Of a DNA stretch of 64,000 bases, positions 59,996-64,000 are shown piece by piece. The DNA is from Candidatus Obscuribacteraceae bacterium (lineage in GTDB: Bacteria; Cyanobacteriota; Vampirovibrionia; Obscuribacterales; Obscuribacteraceae). A model generated the notes under the pieces. The model was not told where the DNA came from, searched no databases, and saw nothing but the letters and a program-made list of their open reading frames with translations. Within the stretch, counting starts at the first letter, position 1. Each line of letters begins with the position of its first letter. Made by a program: the position numbers and the translations under genes. Where the stretch lies: NCBI GenBank assembly GCA_044226015.1, contig JBGAHS010000003.1, forward strand, positions 320,001 through 384,000, written 5' to 3'.

Positions 59996-62227
59996 ATGCT
60001 TCGAAAAAATCCGAACAGTAGCGTTTCCAAAGCTTTCACCTCGTCCAAGAAATCGAAATGGGCTAGAGCCAACAGGAAGCAAATTCTACTTGCTTGCAGT
60101 GTGATTTTATCGGCTGCTTTTGCATCAGCTCAACTCAACGCAGCCCCAAAATTACCCGTCACTAATTCGGCAAATTATCAAACCGATGCATCGCTTGATG
60201 CAGCACTGAAAGGCTACGACTCGCTCTCTTTCGATGAAAAGAAAAAGCGCCTGAGTAATTTTCGCAACACCCATCAGAGCATGGACCGAGCCAGAGAGAA
60301 AAGCGCCTATGTGCTTGCCAGGCTATATCAGAAAGGAGGAACTGCAGACGAACTGAAACTTGCAGTGTCACTTTACGATGAAGCCGCCAATTACGAATTG
60401 CTAGCAGACAAAGCGAATTGGCATTACGTCGATTGCGCAAGAACAATGGGCAACGAAACAATATTACAAGACAAATTGTCCGCGATGCTAAAACACGCCA
60501 AAGATCCCGAACAAAAAGCACATATCGAGTACAATCTCGCGCAATCTGATTTACGGTTGAACAATTCGGAAGCCGCAATTGAAAAGTTCAAACACATCAT
60601 CAAAGATGCTCCTCAATCACAGTTTGCAATTGGGTCTAAATACTATCTGGGTCAAGCCGCAGCCGATGCAGGAGACAAAAAAGAAGCTCTCAAATATTGG
60701 CGTGACTATCTCAGCAAAGCGGTAGACGGACGCTTTGCGGTGGAAGTGGTAAAAAGCATGAGCAAGAATTTTGCTGATGATATTGAAGCCGCAGACCACA
60801 AGATTTTTGCAAAAGTATATTACCTACACGGACTTCTAACTGATGCAATTGGAGAATGGCGCATCATTGGCACCGATGAGGAATGGTACCGACAAGGCGT
60901 AAGCCTGATCAAAACCAACAAACGCTCAGAAGGCGAGGCAATTCTTCGCACAGGAATGCGCAAATACAGTTCTGACAAGAACATTCCAGATGCTGCCAAA
61001 TTGATGGCGCGAGTAGGAACACGCGCAGAAGCAATCGACATTTGGAAATTCGTCCTGGAAAATTGTCCTGATTATGGTGACTACGCACTCTTCAATTTAG
61101 CTAGCCGAGCCACTGATGATGAGGCACTCGCTTATTACGAAGAACTAATTCAAAAATATCCCAACTCAGAGTTTGCACCTGAAACAACATGGTGGATCGC
61201 CTGGAACAAAATCAAAACAGGGCAACTCAATGAAGCACTAAAAGAACTGAAAGAAGACGCAATAAAATTTGCGAGTGCACGCTCGGGTGCTCGTTACAGC
61301 TATTGGATCGGCAAAGTCGAGGAAAAACTAAATCACAAAGAAGCCGCGAAAATTGCGTATCAAAACACAGCTAGCAAGTTTGGCAGCAACTATTATGGCT
61401 ACAGAGCTAAAGCACGCCTGCAAGAATTAAACGGCGGCAATGATAGAGGTTGGGCAACCGACTGCAATAAACATCTTAACGAGTACACTAGAATTCTGAA
61501 GAATGGCGCGTGGATACACCCCGAGCCATCATCAGTGGTGTCATACGAGACGCTGTCCAGTTCTGTTAGCCCGCTTCTTGCATGTTTCACCGAGACGCAT
61601 CAATGGGATGAAGCCCTTGAACAGCTTCCTCGAGACCAATTCCACGAATTGAGGTCAATTTTCCTTGCCAAAGAAGGGCGCATGATGGAGTCGATTAACG
61701 TATTGGCAAAAGACCTCCATGGTTCCCCCAGCACCCAAGTTAAATGGAAACTCTCATATCCACTTCTTCACTCAAACACAATAAAAGCCGAGGCTAGCGC
61801 GAAACAGGTAGATCCGTTTCTCGCTCAGGGGCTGATAAGAGAGGAATCTCGCTACAACGTGCAAGCAGTTAGCAGTTCAAACGCTCTTGGACTCATGCAA
61901 CTTCTACCCGGCACAGCAATGGGCGTAGCAAAACGACTTGGCGTGCCAATAAAGTCAAAAGACGACATTCATAAACCAGAGAACAATTTGAAGTTTGGTA
62001 TCGATTATATTTCCTATGTGATGTCGCGCCATAAGGGCAACGCCATGCTCGCGGTTGCAAGTTATAACGGCGGACCAAATGCTGTTGCTGGGTGGACAAA
62101 GAAATATTCACTGGAAGATCCTGACGTATTTGTAGAGAACATTCCATTCAACGAAACTCGGGATTATGTCCGGAAAGTCTTTGGCAGCTATTGGAATTAC
62201 GTCAACATTTACGCCACTTTGAGATAA
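59996..62227 (+). CDS. slt: Soluble lytic transglycosylase with TPR scaffold
   Basis: IREESRY, ALGLMQL, ASYNGG, ETRDYV; N-terminal signal/TM and TPR helices. Confidence 0.92.
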   Translation: MLRKNPNSSVSKAFTSSKKSKWARANRKQILLACSVILSAAFASAQLNAAPKLPVTNSANYQTDASLDAALKGYDSLSFDEKKKRLSNFRNTHQSMDRAREKSAYVLARLYQKGGTADELKLAVSLYDEAANYELLADKANWHYVDCARTMGNETILQDKLSAMLKHAKDPEQKAHIEYNLAQSDLRLNNSEAAIEKFKHIIKDAPQSQFAIGSKYYLGQAAADAGDKKEALKYWRDYLSKAVDGRFAVEVVKSMSKNFADDIEAADHKIFAKVYYLHGLLTDAIGEWRIIGTDEEWYRQGVSLIKTNKRSEGEAILRTGMRKYSSDKNIPDAAKLMARVGTRAEAIDIWKFVLENCPDYGDYALFNLASRATDDEALAYYEELIQKYPNSEFAPETTWWIAWNKIKTGQLNEALKELKEDAIKFASARSGARYSYWIGKVEEKLNHKEAAKIAYQNTASKFGSNYYGYRAKARLQELNGGNDRGWATDCNKHLNEYTRILKNGAWIHPEPSSVVSYETLSSSVSPLLACFTETHQWDEALEQLPRDQFHELRSIFLAKEGRMMESINVLAKDLHGSPSTQVKWKLSYPLLHSNTIKAEASAKQVDPFLAQGLIREESRYNVQAVSSSNALGLMQLLPGTAMGVAKRLGVPIKSKDDIHKPENNLKFGIDYISYVMSRHKGNAMLAVASYNGGPNAVAGWTKKYSLEDPDVFVENIPFNETRDYVRKVFGSYWNYVNIYATLR

Positions 62228-62298
62228 GTGCGCGTCGGGGTTAGGGCGCCACGGCGCCGGGCATATCCTGATCGGCATAGCCGTCACCCTCCCCATCC

Positions 62299-64000
62299 AT
62301 GGCAGACCCAGAAGACGAAGACGAGTTAAACGTTCCGTACTTGCCTCAACCAAGTATGGACGAAGAAGAATCAAAGCCTGCAGTTGCAGTCAAGGACTAT
62401 ATGAGTCCACCAGACGACAAACCGCCGGCACATGATGACACGCCCCCCGAAGACAAGCCGTGGACCGCAGAAGCGAGTCCAGAAGAAAAGCCGTGGGCTG
62501 AGGCAGAAACAGAAGAGTGGCAGCATGGCTCAAAGGCAGCGGACAGGTCACACGATGCAGACTACATTCCAGACGACAAACCCTGGCAAATAGACGAAAC
62601 TCCAGACGACAAGCCATGGCAAGCAGATCGCGACGACAAAGAAAGGTCTGATAAAAGCGACGAGACCGAGGATGGAAAATTTGTTGACGGTTCCACGCTC
62701 GGTGAAGACCATTCGCGAGCCGCTGCAGAAATTGATGACGCAAGCTTCGACACCGATGAGCAGGACTTTCTCGAAAACGGCATAACACTTGCAAATGAAA
62801 TTAGCGCATCCCAATTTTACGCAAACGAATCGTCTTCTGATGTAAGCCAAACAGAGATTCAGACCGCTGCTAGCAAGGTGCCAACTGATGAGGCAACCCT
62901 TCACTTGCAAGCACTGCTAGACACAGTTGGTAGCGCAGGACTTGGCGAAACTTTTACACTGCCCGAGCCTGAGCCGCTTGAGCTTGAGGAAGGGAGCTCA
63001 GAACCCGAAGCACAGCCAGAAACCGAAGCAAGTACAGAAACAAATGATGACTCAGGCTCGAACATGAGCCTGAAAAAAAACGCACCACGAAGATTGCATA
63101 GAGGACGCATCCATCGTCATAAAAAAGGCGGCAGCCACTATCTTGACCCCGAAAAACCGAAAATTAAATCAGACTATGATGACGACGAGGAAGAACTCGC
63201 TGAACAACCAGTGCCCCTGAAAGACCTTGCAGCAGCTCTAGCGGGGCTGCATAGCGGAGAGTTCGCAGACGACGACAATGAAGCACAGCAAGAGCCAGAG
63301 TCCGCAACGGAAGATTTAGCTTCTGAAGAGCTTGATACTGAGTCGAAAACTGAAACAAAAACTGAGACAGCAAGTTTTTCCAAAGCAGAATTTGAATCAG
63401 TTGAAGTCGACGAGAGTTTTGATTCCGTGCAGAGCACGAATGTCCTTGAATATGGGGCAGAAACTTCAGAAACAACGGTAGCCAGTGATGAAGAAGATGC
63501 AGTTGCATCTTCTCCCTTTGCTATTTTTCAGGCGTTCGAATCCACCGACCCTGATCTCACAGACGACACCACCTATGATACCAACGAAGAGCCAGCAGAC
63601 TTCGCAAGTGCGCTGGCTGCATACAACGTCGCCCCTGCCGAGATACCCAAACAGCTTCCGGATGAGAGCCCCGCAGATGAAGAAGACAGCAATGAGGCAG
63701 CCAGGCAAAACACCAGCACAGGCGAATATGCCAAAATAGCCAACGACCTTGACACACTTGCAAAAGAGACAGGTCTTGAGCAACAGGAAAACGATGACCT
63801 TGTTTTCATTCCAGGGGCAGCCAGCGGAAAAACAGAGTTTCGAACGCAACCCTCCACAAAACCATCCGCACAAACCATTTCAAATAAGGTTTTCACAGAA
63901 GACCAATCAAGCATCGAACTCGAGGAATTTGAATTCGTTCAATCTCCGCAACGCTCACAGTTTGAATTAGGATTCAAGCTTGAAAAATCGATAAGCATAA
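62299..64000 (+). CDS. Very acidic, probably disordered protein (partial, runs off the window)
   Basis: Manual translation from ATG 62299 (MADPEDEDELNVPYLPQPSMDEEE...), frame appears open for >560 codons; P(D/E)(D/E)KPW repeats; absent from the ORF track, consistent with no stop in the window. Confidence 0.85.
   Translation, partial: MADPEDEDELNVPYLPQPSMDEEESKPAVAVKDYMSPPDDKPPAHDDTPPEDKPWTAEASPEEKPWAEAETEEWQHGSKAADRSHDADYIPDDKPWQIDETPDDKPWQADRDDKERSDKSDETEDGKFVDGSTLGEDHSRAAAEIDDASFDTDEQDFLENGITLANEISASQFYANESSSDVSQTEIQTAASKVPTDEATLHLQALLDTVGSAGLGETFTLPEPEPLELEEGSSEPEAQPETEASTETNDDSGSNMSLKKNAPRRLHRGRIHRHKKGGSHYLDPEKPKIKSDYDDDEEELAEQPVPLKDLAAALAGLHSGEFADDDNEAQQEPESATEDLASEELDTESKTETKTETASFSKAEFESVEVDESFDSVQSTNVLEYGAETSETTVASDEEDAVASSPFAIFQAFESTDPDLTDDTTYDTNEEPADFASALAAYNVAPAEIPKQLPDESPADEEDSNEAARQNTSTGEYAKIANDLDTLAKETGLEQQENDDLVFIPGAASGKTEFRTQPSTKPSAQTISNKVFTEDQSSIELEEFEFVQSPQRSQFELGFKLEKSISI

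Noticed and set aside
62108..63970. Short tracked ORFs at the window end
   Set aside because: Explained as alternative frames or antisense of slt and the acidic ORF starting at 62299

Overview
A 64-kb bacterial chromosomal segment, about 45% GC by eye and densely coding. I found no rRNA, tRNA, CRISPR array, transposase or phage gene. A cyanobacterial-type GuaA (insertion '[21 protein letters not shown]'), four Hanks-type kinase-domain proteins, and the absence of photosynthesis genes suggest a non-photosynthetic cyanobacterial relative (Vampirovibrionia/Melainabacteria, Obscuribacterales-like); this is inference only. Recognisable genes: guaA, a class-V cysteine desulfurase-like enzyme, an Slt lytic transglycosylase, GH15, SDR, USP, a FucP-type MFS permease, GT87, two VOC proteins, DUF4037, YjbR/MmcQ, a NarL-type regulator, and an exosortase paired with a VIT/vWA PEP-CTERM-like target. 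The strongest candidates for undescribed biology are: (1) a 1504-aa histidine kinase whose input region is nine copies of an unrecognised W-x-x-P-K-x-P-E-P-D-P-G-L repeat plus a LysM-like module, next to a response regulator; (2) a conserved ~160-aa domain ending in HGxY that caps a 2122-aa Gly-rich giant protein and recurs 20 kb away as a stand-alone secreted protein upstream of a Gly/Thr-rich protein; (3) a two-gene ART-fold toxin/antitoxin-like pair with a homopolymer frameshift and an upstream switch-like RNA; (4) apparently inactivated enzymes (a pseudokinase and an AEP/Rep-like protein); (5) a kinase-less paralog of the tandem membrane kinases. All family assignments are motif recognition by eye, not database searches.
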